Part shown: piece after piece, positions 8,205-16,641 of the stretch
How positions within the stretch are numbered: position 1 is the stretch's first letter
Layout of the letters: each line of letters opens with the position of its first letter
Virus record (IMG/VR): IMGVR_UViG_3300037088_000099
Span: 1 to 47,795 of that record
Direction: 5' to 3' (one strand)
Length of the DNA stretch: 47,795 nucleotides
Origin: a virus
Notes under the pieces: model-generated
Seen by the model: only the letters and a program-made list of their open reading frames with translations
The model's database searches: none
Told to the model about the DNA's origin: nothing
Position numbers and translations under genes: made by a program

Positions 8205-9323
8205 GTGCCACTCACCCAAGAACAAGCACTTATCACCGCGCTCCTATCTCAAAAGCTTTCTGCGCTACGTATTCGCGCGAGCTTCGAGAGTGTCGAGCCG
8301 GGGCCAATAGTCACAACCTATTACATGCATCTCGGTGCTGATATTCCTATCTCCAAAATAATGCGAGCGGAGGAAGACCTTGCGCTGGCAGTTGGAGCAC
8401 CGAGCGTACTTATAACACGAAAGGGGGCTTCAATTGCGATTGCGATTCCGAATAAGGAAAGAACTGTCGTATCTTACGATTCTTGTTTGCACTCACTTAT
8501 GCAGGATGCTAATTGTCAGTTGCCAATTATGCTTGGAGTTGACACGAAAGGTAATGAGAAACATATTGATCTTATCGAATCACCGCACATTCTCATTGCA
8601 GGTAGTACAGGTGCAGGCAAGTCAGTATTACTTGCAGCAATCATTAGTGGGCTTGCTACAGCCAAGAGTAAGCATGAACTCAAAATGATGCTTGTAGACA
8701 CCAAGCAGCTTGATCTAACTCTATTTGCAGACCTCCCGCATGTAGTGGAGGTCGCAGATGATTTAGAGAAAGTGCATTTGCTACTTGATCGCTTACACAT
8801 CATAGTCCGCCAGCGTACAGCGAAGATGAAGGGTATAGCACGGAATCTTTCTGAGTACAACGCGCTGGGCGATCATCAACTTCCGTATTATGTAGTTGTT
8901 ATAGATGAGCTTGCAGATGTGCTAATGCAGGATCGAAGTGCCGGGAAAGGAATACGAGGATATGAAAAAGCTGAAACAAAGCTACAGGGTTTATTGCAGA
9001 TATGCCGCGCAGCGGGAATTCACATCATTTGTGCTACACAACGCCCCTCGGTGGAAATTATTACTGGTGATATTAAAGCTAATATACTTACGCGAATTGC
9101 ACTTAGGCTACCTAGTGGGGCTGACAGTAGAACTGTATTAAATGAATACGGAGCCGAAAAACTCCTCGGACGTGGAGACATGCTTATCGAATCCCCCTGC
9201 TTCGACCAAATAACCAGATTCCACGGGCCGTTTGTGAGCATGGCTCATATAGCAAGCGTGTTGGATAACTGTGATGGTATTAGGAATAGTTATAAAATGC
9301 TGGAATCGAGTATCGGGTTGTAG
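8205..9323 (+). CDS. FtsK/SpoIIIE-family DNA translocase ATPase (motor domain only)
   Basis: Walker A IAGSTGAGKSVLL, Walker B YYVVVIDELADVL, and a C-terminal block ICATQRPSVEIITGDIKANILTRIAL that closely matches the FtsK motor. GTG at 8205 with AGGGAG upstream sits 1 nt after the vWA stop; the ORF track's longer TTG start is at 8163. Confidence 0.8.
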   Translation: MPLTQEQALITALLSQKLSALRIRASFESVEPGPIVTTYYMHLGADIPISKIMRAEEDLALAVGAPSVLITRKGASIAIAIPNKERTVVSYDSCLHSLMQDANCQLPIMLGVDTKGNEKHIDLIESPHILIAGSTGAGKSVLLAAIISGLATAKSKHELKMMLVDTKQLDLTLFADLPHVVEVADDLEKVHLLLDRLHIIVRQRTAKMKGIARNLSEYNALGDHQLPYYVVVIDELADVLMQDRSAGKGIRGYEKAETKLQGLLQICRAAGIHIICATQRPSVEIITGDIKANILTRIALRLPSGADSRTVLNEYGAEKLLGRGDMLIESPCFDQITRFHGPFVSMAHIASVLDNCDGIRNSYKMLESSIGL

Positions 9324-9396
9324 GCGAGGTCGGGTCGCGCCTGATGGGTCGATGGGTCGAATCGGGCTAAGTCGTCTGTATAGAGCCATTTAGATA

Positions 9397-9479
9397 GGGT
9401 ATATCACCTATCAAAAGACCCCTTGACACGCCTACCCGCCGGATGATAGACTGTAATACAGGGTGAGCTTTACCCTATC
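9397..9479 (+). promoter_or_regulatory. promoter (TTGACA at 9423-9428) bracketed by a 9-bp inverted repeat
   Basis: GATAGGGTA at about 9397 and its reverse complement TACCCTATC at about 9471 flank cTTGACAc, with a TAGACT-like -10 about 18 nt downstream. Confidence 0.4.
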
Positions 9480-9509
9480 ATGCTTTAGCACCACAAAGGA
9501 CACAGCACA

Positions 9510-9734
9510 ATGACCGCTCCAACTACCACACCCCGCGCATACGATGGCTACCATCGCAACACCGGGCGCAAAACCGAGATGGCAGCATTTCGGATATTCA
9601 CAGACCAGAACGCTGCGCTCAGTGCGAAGTATTCTGGCAACAGATCGGCACTTGTACGGATTCTATTGGAGCGGTTTTTAAGCGGTACTATGCCGAGTGT
9701 TGAAGCGGAATTTAAACAACTAACCGAACGATAA
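9510..9734 (+). CDS. ribbon-helix-helix-like small regulator
   Basis: 74-aa ORF; AAFRIFTDQNAALSAKYSGNRSALVRILLERFL fits a beta-strand plus two-helix RHH pattern. Sits directly downstream of the inverted-repeat promoter. Confidence 0.55.
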   Translation: MTAPTTTPRAYDGYHRNTGRKTEMAAFRIFTDQNAALSAKYSGNRSALVRILLERFLSGTMPSVEAEFKQLTER

Positions 9735-9745
9735 TAGGAGTAGGT

Positions 9746-10351
9746 ATGCCAACGCAAGATGGCGAAACCATCCCAGTCTGTCCCGCGTGTGACGCGAAGG
9801 ATGAGACGAAGATATGTTTGAAGTGCCACATTGTATACTGTGCGCATTTCGCATCCGTAACGGATAATAGATTCTGCGAGAATTGTATATCTGATTTTTC
9901 TCTGAAAGAAACAATAGTAGAGAAATTAGTAGAGCATATTCGACCTGATGGCACTGTAACATTTTCAAGAAAGTATCAAGCTAGGTGTATTCACATGCAA
10001 GGAAATGATTGGTTGTTTGCAGCGACGCTGATTCCTGAAATGTCGGATGCGGAGATTGACGCGACGATTGAGTATCATAGGAATAATGTGTCACTGATGC
10101 TTATGGAGCGCGAATCGCGGAAGCTCGAACGGTACCATAAACTCGCGGGCGTAAAAATCACCAATACCAAGCATGAATCGCAGGAAGCGCGGGAGAAGCG
10201 AGAAGAAAAAGAAGCGAATAAGAAAACTCGCACAAGTACGAAGGAAAAAGCTCCGACTGTGGATGATATGGTTGCGATGATTACGAAGTTGGCGAAGGCT
10301 GGATTGACGCAAGAGCAGATTACAGCGATGTTTGCGAAGGGGAAGAAATGA
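9746..10351 (+). CDS. zinc-finger protein, hypothetical
   Basis: 201-aa ORF with N-terminal CPAC...CLKCH...YC cluster and a Lys/Glu-rich central region. Confidence 0.6.
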   Translation: MPTQDGETIPVCPACDAKDETKICLKCHIVYCAHFASVTDNRFCENCISDFSLKETIVEKLVEHIRPDGTVTFSRKYQARCIHMQGNDWLFAATLIPEMSDAEIDATIEYHRNNVSLMLMERESRKLERYHKLAGVKITNTKHESQEAREKREEKEANKKTRTSTKEKAPTVDDMVAMITKLAKAGLTQEQITAMFAKGKK

Positions 10352-10653
10352 GCGAGAAATTAGAAGGTATCTGTGGAGTTTGTGGCAGATCACGCATTGA
10401 ATGCCGCAAAAATATCTTAGGTTTAGCTACAAATGCACCGGAAGCTGATCTCATAAATCACCCTTCTCACTACACCGACGGCGGAATTGAAACAATCGAC
10501 TTTATTGAAGCGAAGAAATTGAATTATAATTGTGGGAACGCAACTAAGTATATCAGTCGTGCTGGAAAGAAAGACAAAGCGGAGCGCGCAGTTGATATTG
10601 CGAAGGCGATTTGGTACTTGCAGCGGGAGCTTGATACTCTGAAAGGAAAGTAA
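10348..10653 (+). CDS. small phage protein with HPSHY/GGIETIDFI motif (DUF3310-like)
   Basis: 101-aa ORF; NHPSHYTDGGIETIDFIEAK resembles a conserved small phage family recalled from memory, not searched. Confidence 0.5.
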   Translation: MSEKLEGICGVCGRSRIECRKNILGLATNAPEADLINHPSHYTDGGIETIDFIEAKKLNYNCGNATKYISRAGKKDKAERAVDIAKAIWYLQRELDTLKGK

Positions 10654-10654
10654 T

Positions 10655-11710
10655 ATGCAAATCGAAGAAGCAATCTCTCGCTACCACTGGTTCCAGCGTG
10701 GGGAAGATGGCGTAATCGAGCTATTCCTCGATCACCACGCGCTCGCAACTTTTCGCTCTTGCGAAGCGTCGTTTGAGCTATCAATGATGGCGAATATCCG
10801 GCCAGTACATAAAAGCTGGAATCTTGAATTTGGTATTATCTTTCACAAGATGATTGAAGAGTTTTATATTGCAAAGCGGGATGAGAAGTTTGAGCTTGTA
10901 CCCTGGCTGCAATTAGCAATCGGACTGTGGGACAAGTATCAGATGGAGGCGCAGTTTGGCGAGCATAAGATGTATAAGATGCTCGGCGGAGTATATGGAT
11001 TTATAGATATGCTCGCGCAGTATGCGGATCATTTTGCAGCAGAGGTTGATAGGCTACGGGTTATTGGGATTGAGATTACATTTGGAAAGAAGCGGGAAGT
11101 GCTGCTTGGCACATTTACAGCATATCAGCTTGATCCTACTCTGCAACCCCATTTTAAAATTGAGTTTGATGCGCAGGTTGAGCAAGTACGCTGCTACCTC
11201 ACAGGCCGTATCGACTTTCTAATGGACTCCGGTAACGCAATAGGCCCGCTAGATCACAAAACCACCGCATTCTTCCGTGGAAATCCTGCAAATACCTACG
11301 ATCCGCAAGAAGGAATGACAGGCTACATCTTCGCGGTGCAGCAAATTATGAAAACCAGTTTCCCTGAACTCCTGGGTCAGCGCAAAGTAGATCGCATTTG
11401 GATGAACTTCGCACAAGTAAGTCCAGTAAAAGATCCGATGGAGCGTTTCAAGCGTGTCCCGATATTCAAAACAGATTGGCAGCTTGAGCAATATCGGCTG
11501 CGACAACTACGGACATTTCATAAGATTTATGACATGATCGTACTTGGAGAGCGTGCGGATTGGAATACTTCTGTTTGTAATAATATGTTCCATAACGAAT
11601 GCCAGTATCGAAATTTGCATCGGCAGAATACAAATGATGCTATGATACAGGTGCTCAAAACTGATTTCAAGGTGGCAGCACCGTGGAATCCTGAGCAAAT
11701 AGAGGATTAG
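10655..11710 (+). CDS. PD-(D/E)XK nuclease, Cas4/RecB-like
   Basis: TGRIDFLMD followed by PLDHKTT matches the D ... (D/E)xK nuclease core; C-terminal cysteines (CNNMFHNEC) resemble a Cas4-like metal cluster. Confidence 0.6.
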   Translation: MQIEEAISRYHWFQRGEDGVIELFLDHHALATFRSCEASFELSMMANIRPVHKSWNLEFGIIFHKMIEEFYIAKRDEKFELVPWLQLAIGLWDKYQMEAQFGEHKMYKMLGGVYGFIDMLAQYADHFAAEVDRLRVIGIEITFGKKREVLLGTFTAYQLDPTLQPHFKIEFDAQVEQVRCYLTGRIDFLMDSGNAIGPLDHKTTAFFRGNPANTYDPQEGMTGYIFAVQQIMKTSFPELLGQRKVDRIWMNFAQVSPVKDPMERFKRVPIFKTDWQLEQYRLRQLRTFHKIYDMIVLGERADWNTSVCNNMFHNECQYRNLHRQNTNDAMIQVLKTDFKVAAPWNPEQIED

Positions 11711-11770
11711 AAACCTGCTGCTCACGTTCTGTGGGCAGTAAAGCGAACTTGCGGAAAAGGCAGGCGTACA

Positions 11771-12043
11771 ATGATTCCGTCACAACCCGCAAGCAACTCC
11801 GCAACGCAAACCCCTTCCCCCACGGCGGCTACTTCGGTAGCCGTCCCGCCTATGAGATTAGACGTGTCCGAGTCCGTGTGGCCGACTAGCACGATCCTGC
11901 ATGAAATCGAATGGTGCGCAAATCGTATCGCTACGCTTGAACCAATGTTATCCCGCAAGCCTTCAAAGAAGTGGGAAATAGCAGACCTGCGAAGGCAGAT
12001 AAAAGACAAGCGTGCAGTGATTGATTACAGGAGAACTCGGTGA
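11771..12043 (+). CDS. hypothetical protein
   Basis: 90-aa ORF in the same-strand array; an antisense ORF overlaps it, so confidence is modest. Confidence 0.4.
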   Translation: MIPSQPASNSATQTPSPTAATSVAVPPMRLDVSESVWPTSTILHEIEWCANRIATLEPMLSRKPSKKWEIADLRRQIKDKRAVIDYRRTR

Positions 12044-12354
12044 CCGCTGATCCCCAACCCACGCCAAAGGCTCCCGCCCGAACATGGCAGGAACAGGTTG
12101 CCAACATTCAGCGCAATTTGGCCGCAAAGACTATGAGTTGCGACCGTGACACTCACCGAAACGATAACCCGCAATGGATTGAAGAGGAGAAACAAATGAA
12201 TCTTGGCCCTCGTTGTAATTTTATGCTCCCGAATCATTGTCAGTGTCCGAATACTGCATTAGCGGATTCGGATATGTGCGAATTACATAAGGAATTTCAA
12301 ACAGAACAAGCCGTTGCGGTAGAACAAGCGAAAATTGAAAAACTGGAGAAGTAA
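12040..12354 (+). CDS. hypothetical Cys-containing protein
   Basis: 104-aa ORF overlapping the upstream gene by 4 nt. Confidence 0.5.
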   Translation: MTADPQPTPKAPARTWQEQVANIQRNLAAKTMSCDRDTHRNDNPQWIEEEKQMNLGPRCNFMLPNHCQCPNTALADSDMCELHKEFQTEQAVAVEQAKIEKLEK

Positions 12355-13143
12355 ATGCCATACGAGAATATCAACGGGCTTGTGGATTTGGAGTCCGAGC
12401 CACGATTTAAAATCGCAGTAGTTGGTGAGCCAAAAGCAGGTAAAAGCTGGTTCGCTATGACTGCGCCGGGAACTATCTTCGAGGCCGATTTCGATGATCG
12501 TTCGGAGAGTATACGAGCGTTTGTGAATAAAACAAAGCGCACAGATATCACAGCGAAGACATACAAGGAACTAAATCCCGCACAACCACACGCGATTGCG
12601 GATTTTGAAACCGATTTGAGTATGTTTGAATATCTCAAGCAAAAGGGTGAGAAAACACCCGATTGGTATATTCTTGATTCTATGACATATTTGCGTACCG
12701 CGTGCGAGCATGAGCTTATCAAACAGCACCCAAGCATGAGCCGCGTTGTAAAGATGGGAAATACTACAGTACGGATTCCATCGCACTATGATATTATTAA
12801 CGGCAATCGTGCGTATATGGAATACTTGCTTGGGCGATTATCCGAGCTTGGAAATGTAATCGCAATTTTTCATGAAATGGATGAAAAAGATGCTCAATCT
12901 TCGACAAAAGAGCAAAAGGCTTACACTGGGCGAAAAACTGTTCAGCCTCAGTATCTTAGTAGCTTACTTTCTCTTTTCAACGACGTGTTTCGTATCACTA
13001 TTGATTATAGCGGTAATAGGATTGTTGCTGTTCAGCCATCTTCTGATTTCATGGCTTCAACTTCAATGAGATTAGATGCCACGGAGTCTGCGAATCTTGC
13101 AGATATGATTGCGAAGCACAAAAAAGCACTCGCACAAGTTTAG
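12355..13143 (+). CDS. RecA-like P-loop ATPase (Sak4/AAA_24-like)
   Basis: N-terminal Walker A VVGEPKAGKS and Walker B-like WYILDS in a protein of about 260 aa, as in phage Sak4-type recombination ATPases. Confidence 0.65.
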   Translation: MPYENINGLVDLESEPRFKIAVVGEPKAGKSWFAMTAPGTIFEADFDDRSESIRAFVNKTKRTDITAKTYKELNPAQPHAIADFETDLSMFEYLKQKGEKTPDWYILDSMTYLRTACEHELIKQHPSMSRVVKMGNTTVRIPSHYDIINGNRAYMEYLLGRLSELGNVIAIFHEMDEKDAQSSTKEQKAYTGRKTVQPQYLSSLLSLFNDVFRITIDYSGNRIVAVQPSSDFMASTSMRLDATESANLADMIAKHKKALAQV

Positions 13144-13207
13144 CACATCTCACCGTGCTAGTTAGCAAAAAACAAACATACCAAAATAAAAAAACGAGGA
13201 TACAAAT

Positions 13208-13690
13208 ATGTTTAACATGAAAGTAGACAACGCAACCATCGAAGGTCTTGACGTAATCCCTCCGGGGCCGTATGAGATCAAGTTGGTTAGTTTTGCACCA
13301 AAGCTGTCGAAAAAGGGAGATACTGTAAACTTCAATCCCTGCATGATTGTCGTAGGGCATCCTGAGTTTGCGGGACGTAAGATTTTCGATACGCTGAATA
13401 GCAACGGGTATCAGTTCGCTGATTTCTCGCACTGCTTTGGACTACCGCTGGATACGGATGGGAAAGATAGTTGGCTACCGGGATCGTTTGACGGTGAGCC
13501 TTCTGCTGATCCTAAGACACTTCCGTATAAAGGCCCGCTTGTTGGGCGCACGGGTAAGATCATTGTCGCTGTGGATAATTACAACGGCAGGGATAGTAAC
13601 AAGGTCGAGCGGTATATTTGTGCGGTTGCGGATTGTGCAAGTAAGTTCCCAAAAATTCGTCATAGCGTTGATTTGCTGAAGAGGAAGTAA
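13208..13690 (+). CDS. hypothetical protein, positional partner of the Sak4-like ATPase
   Basis: 160-aa ORF with ACGAGGA upstream. Function inferred from position only. Confidence 0.5.
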   Translation: MFNMKVDNATIEGLDVIPPGPYEIKLVSFAPKLSKKGDTVNFNPCMIVVGHPEFAGRKIFDTLNSNGYQFADFSHCFGLPLDTDGKDSWLPGSFDGEPSADPKTLPYKGPLVGRTGKIIVAVDNYNGRDSNKVERYICAVADCASKFPKIRHSVDLLKRK

Positions 13691-13808
13691 TAAAATACTG
13701 GCCGGTGGCGAAAGCGTGGGTAATACCACAAAAAATGGCAAACGCTGTAGTTTATTGTGCAGGTTCAAGTCCTGTCCGGTCAGATTTTTTATATCAAAAG
13801 GAGAGTAT

Positions 13809-13946
13809 ATGATTAAAGAGTGTGAAATGTGTGGCGAAGAGTTTGAAGCGGAAGATGATACACAAGATATGTGTAATGATTGTAGTATGGCGGAGTACGA
13901 AGAAGCAGATGGCGAATATGAAGATCCTAGCAACTACGGAGCATAA
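13809..13946 (+). CDS. small acidic zinc-ribbon protein
   Basis: In-frame ATG with AAAGGAGAG upstream; 45 aa with CEMCG and CNDC motifs and an acidic tail. Confidence 0.5.
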   Translation: MIKECEMCGEEFEAEDDTQDMCNDCSMAEYEEADGEYEDPSNYGA

Positions 13947-13948
13947 TC

Positions 13949-15079
13949 TTGTCTAACACGCATGTTGCAAATAGTGGAAATCCTGCTTGCCCCGTATGGG
14001 TGATGCTGAATAAACCTCTTTCCGGTGACTCGGATAAGGGATATTTATTCAGCTCCCCTATGGGGTATGTTTTTGATAAAATGATGCGGGAAGCGGGGCT
14101 GCCGGATTATTTTGTTACCTGTAATCAGCCTAATACGGATTCTAATGCCGGCGGGGATTGGTTATCTTATTTCATGCACCATAAACCTGCGATTATAATT
14201 CCGCTTGGCGCGGTAGGTGGGCATCTTTCTGAGTGTATGATACCAAAATATCGCTCCGCAAAATACGATCCAGAGCGAGATTCTGAGATTTCTAAATATG
14301 CGGGTTCGTTACTCACTGCGGATCGCTTGCCAAATGTAACATGGCCGCACTATGTTGTCCCGACATACGAGCCACTGGATATTGTAAAACAGTGGAAGAT
14401 GCGGGATGTGGTTATCAGCTGTGATCTCGCCAAGGCAGCAAGCGAGTACGAATACTGGAGAACCCATGCTCATACAATGCAGCCACTTCCTGAGCGCACA
14501 CCCAAGATTAATTTCGATTCTTTCGACGAGCTTTTATATATCTTGGATACTTTTTGTAATTACCCTTTGCTTTCTAATGACATCGAGACGATCTATCCAA
14601 GAGCGCCTACGAAAACCCAACCATCGCAATTCTACCGTATTCTTCCTGGCTATCCTATTACTATCGGTCTTGCTCCTACTGTCGGGTTCGGTATTAGCTT
14701 TGATTTATTTAGAGAATCTACAGTAGAAACTCGCGAGCTATGGAAAAAGCTAGCTAAGTTACTATGGGAAGTACCATCCCTCGGTCAAAATTTCTTCAAC
14801 TTTGATGCGAATTTCTACGAAATGCTCGGCTTTCGGCTTCCACTTGAAAAATGTCGGGATACTATGATTCAGCATCATTTACTCTGGCCGGAATTGAAAC
14901 ATACGTTACAATTTCAGGCGAGACAGTATACCCGCGAGGTATACTGGAAGGACGAGGGTGCTGGCTGGAGTATTAAGAATATGGATCAAATGAAAATCTA
15001 TAATTGTAAGGACGTAATGTGTACGTTGGAGATTTACTACGCGCAACTGGAAGAGATGAAATCAAGGGGGTTGGAATGA
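13949..15079 (+). CDS. DNA polymerase A family, 3'-5' exonuclease subunit
   Basis: Exo I (SNDIETI), Exo II (GQNFFNFDANFYEML) and Exo III (YNCKDVMCTLEIY) motifs in canonical order. N-terminal 200 aa of unknown fold. The ORF ends without a polymerase domain. Confidence 0.8.
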   Translation: MSNTHVANSGNPACPVWVMLNKPLSGDSDKGYLFSSPMGYVFDKMMREAGLPDYFVTCNQPNTDSNAGGDWLSYFMHHKPAIIIPLGAVGGHLSECMIPKYRSAKYDPERDSEISKYAGSLLTADRLPNVTWPHYVVPTYEPLDIVKQWKMRDVVISCDLAKAASEYEYWRTHAHTMQPLPERTPKINFDSFDELLYILDTFCNYPLLSNDIETIYPRAPTKTQPSQFYRILPGYPITIGLAPTVGFGISFDLFRESTVETRELWKKLAKLLWEVPSLGQNFFNFDANFYEMLGFRLPLEKCRDTMIQHHLLWPELKHTLQFQARQYTREVYWKDEGAGWSIKNMDQMKIYNCKDVMCTLEIYYAQLEEMKSRGLE

Positions 15080-15252
15080 AATATCTGAGATATATACCGC
15101 ATCCACATTGGCGCCGGTTAAATTTTCTCTGGGTAAATAGCAGAGGCGGGGCAACAAAAAGAAAAGATGCTGCACATAGTAGAGTTTACTATATTCGTAC
15201 TTGTAAGTTATGTGGGAAGAAAATAGATAATGGCTCCAGAAGAGGATATTAG
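15076..15252 (+). CDS. small basic protein with C-terminal CxxC
   Basis: In-frame ATG overlapping the exonuclease stop (ATGA); 58 aa. Confidence 0.4.
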   Translation: MKYLRYIPHPHWRRLNFLWVNSRGGATKRKDAAHSRVYYIRTCKLCGKKIDNGSRRGY

Positions 15253-15254
15253 TA

Positions 15255-15458
15255 ATGGCTGAAATCAACGCATCTACCCAAGAGCAACTCGCAGAGCAAA
15301 TAAATGCTCAGTTCAGAACGCTCTCTGAAATTCTCCAAGAGCAACACGAAGCATACAAGCTCTTATACGACATTAATGGCAAGTTCATAGAATACTGTGA
15401 ACACGCCAGAATACTAGCCCAATCAGCACAACCGAATGTATCCTTAGGAGGATATTAA
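15255..15458 (+). CDS. hypothetical small protein
   Basis: 67-aa ORF starting 3 nt after the previous stop. Confidence 0.5.
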   Translation: MAEINASTQEQLAEQINAQFRTLSEILQEQHEAYKLLYDINGKFIEYCEHARILAQSAQPNVSLGGY

Positions 15459-15823
15459 TGGCAGCTCAGGCATTTAATCTTACTTTCAACTGCACGCCCG
15501 CACAATTCGCTGTAGCAATGGCTACAACACTTCCAACAGAAGGATATACTGTTATTCAAGCACCTAATAAATTTGCCGGTATTATTACCGGAACATCAAG
15601 TGCTGCGGCAGGACTTGGGCAACTAGATTTCTTCTACGATGGCGCGTATTATCTCAAATTCTTCGGTGCGAATCCTGCTCCGGTCGCACAGCAAGCACAG
15701 ACCGGAATCCCTGCTACACAGTTAACAAGTAATATCGTGAGTAATCTTACTACAACCCTCGCTGCAACCCTCGGCGCACCAGTACCCTCGAACACAGCTA
15801 ACGTAGCTGGCCCTGCTGCTTAA
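15458..15823 (+). CDS. hypothetical Ala/Thr-rich protein
   Basis: 121-aa ORF whose ATG overlaps the upstream stop. Confidence 0.5.
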   Translation: MAAQAFNLTFNCTPAQFAVAMATTLPTEGYTVIQAPNKFAGIITGTSSAAAGLGQLDFFYDGAYYLKFFGANPAPVAQQAQTGIPATQLTSNIVSNLTTTLAATLGAPVPSNTANVAGPAA

Positions 15824-15895
15824 TTGCTCTCACAACTAGAGGGGCAGAAATGTCCCTCTACTTAAACGCAAAATTTAATACCCGGAGAGTAAAAA

Positions 15896-16627
15896 ATGAA
15901 AATCGTTCAACCATATGCGAAAATTATAGAGCCTGAGTTATTGGCACAAGCACTTCAGCGGATTGAAGCCGCTGCCCGCATCAGCCACAGAAGCGAAGAT
16001 GGACAGACAGCAGATACAGCAGAAAAGTTTATTCGTGCTGTTGTATTAGGACACGGTGATTGGTCAGTTGTGGAACACGTTTCCGCATCAGTCGAGTTTC
16101 TTGTGGATCGCGGCATTACACATGAAATCGTGAGACACCGGATTGCCAGTTATACGCAGGAGTCCACGCGGTTTGTAAACTACGCAAAGAAGATGTTGCC
16201 CAGCTTTATCTATCCCATCGTTGGGGTAGAGTGCCCGTACTGCATTGCTGGGGAAGAAGTACGCAAGCGCGATTCTTTGGGTGGCAACTGGGGCCACGAT
16301 AACCTAATTAAATGCCCGTATGATCCTCTGTGGTTAACTGCGATTGATACCTTAGAAAAATCGTACACTGCTTTGATCGCACAGGGATGGCGACCACAGG
16401 AAGCGCGGTCTGTTTTTCCCAACGCCCTATCCTCAAAGATTCTCGTGACTTGTAATCTGCGTTCATGGCGTCAAATCTTTCTGATGAGAACGAGCAAAGA
16501 AGCACATCCACAAATGCGTCATGTGATGATTCCTCTGCTAGCTGATTTTCAGAGGCTTGTGCCGGTACTCTTTGAGGATATTATTCCCGAGTCGCGGCAA
16601 GTTGAAAATATAGCGAGGGGAAGATAA
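15896..16627 (+). CDS. thyX: flavin-dependent thymidylate synthase (ThyX)
   Basis: ThyX signature RHRIASYTQESTR (RHR ... S ... R) at the expected position in a protein of about 240 aa. Contains an extra Cys-rich segment CPYC...CPYD. Confidence 0.8.
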   Translation: MKIVQPYAKIIEPELLAQALQRIEAAARISHRSEDGQTADTAEKFIRAVVLGHGDWSVVEHVSASVEFLVDRGITHEIVRHRIASYTQESTRFVNYAKKMLPSFIYPIVGVECPYCIAGEEVRKRDSLGGNWGHDNLIKCPYDPLWLTAIDTLEKSYTALIAQGWRPQEARSVFPNALSSKILVTCNLRSWRQIFLMRTSKEAHPQMRHVMIPLLADFQRLVPVLFEDIIPESRQVENIARGR

Positions 16628-16641
16628 GTGACTGGTATACT

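Noticed and set aside
13699-13783. Calling a bona fide tRNA gene
   Set aside because: Only the T-arm and acceptor-like stem are convincing; D and anticodon arms could not be folded, so it is reported as a finding to test rather than as a tRNA feature.
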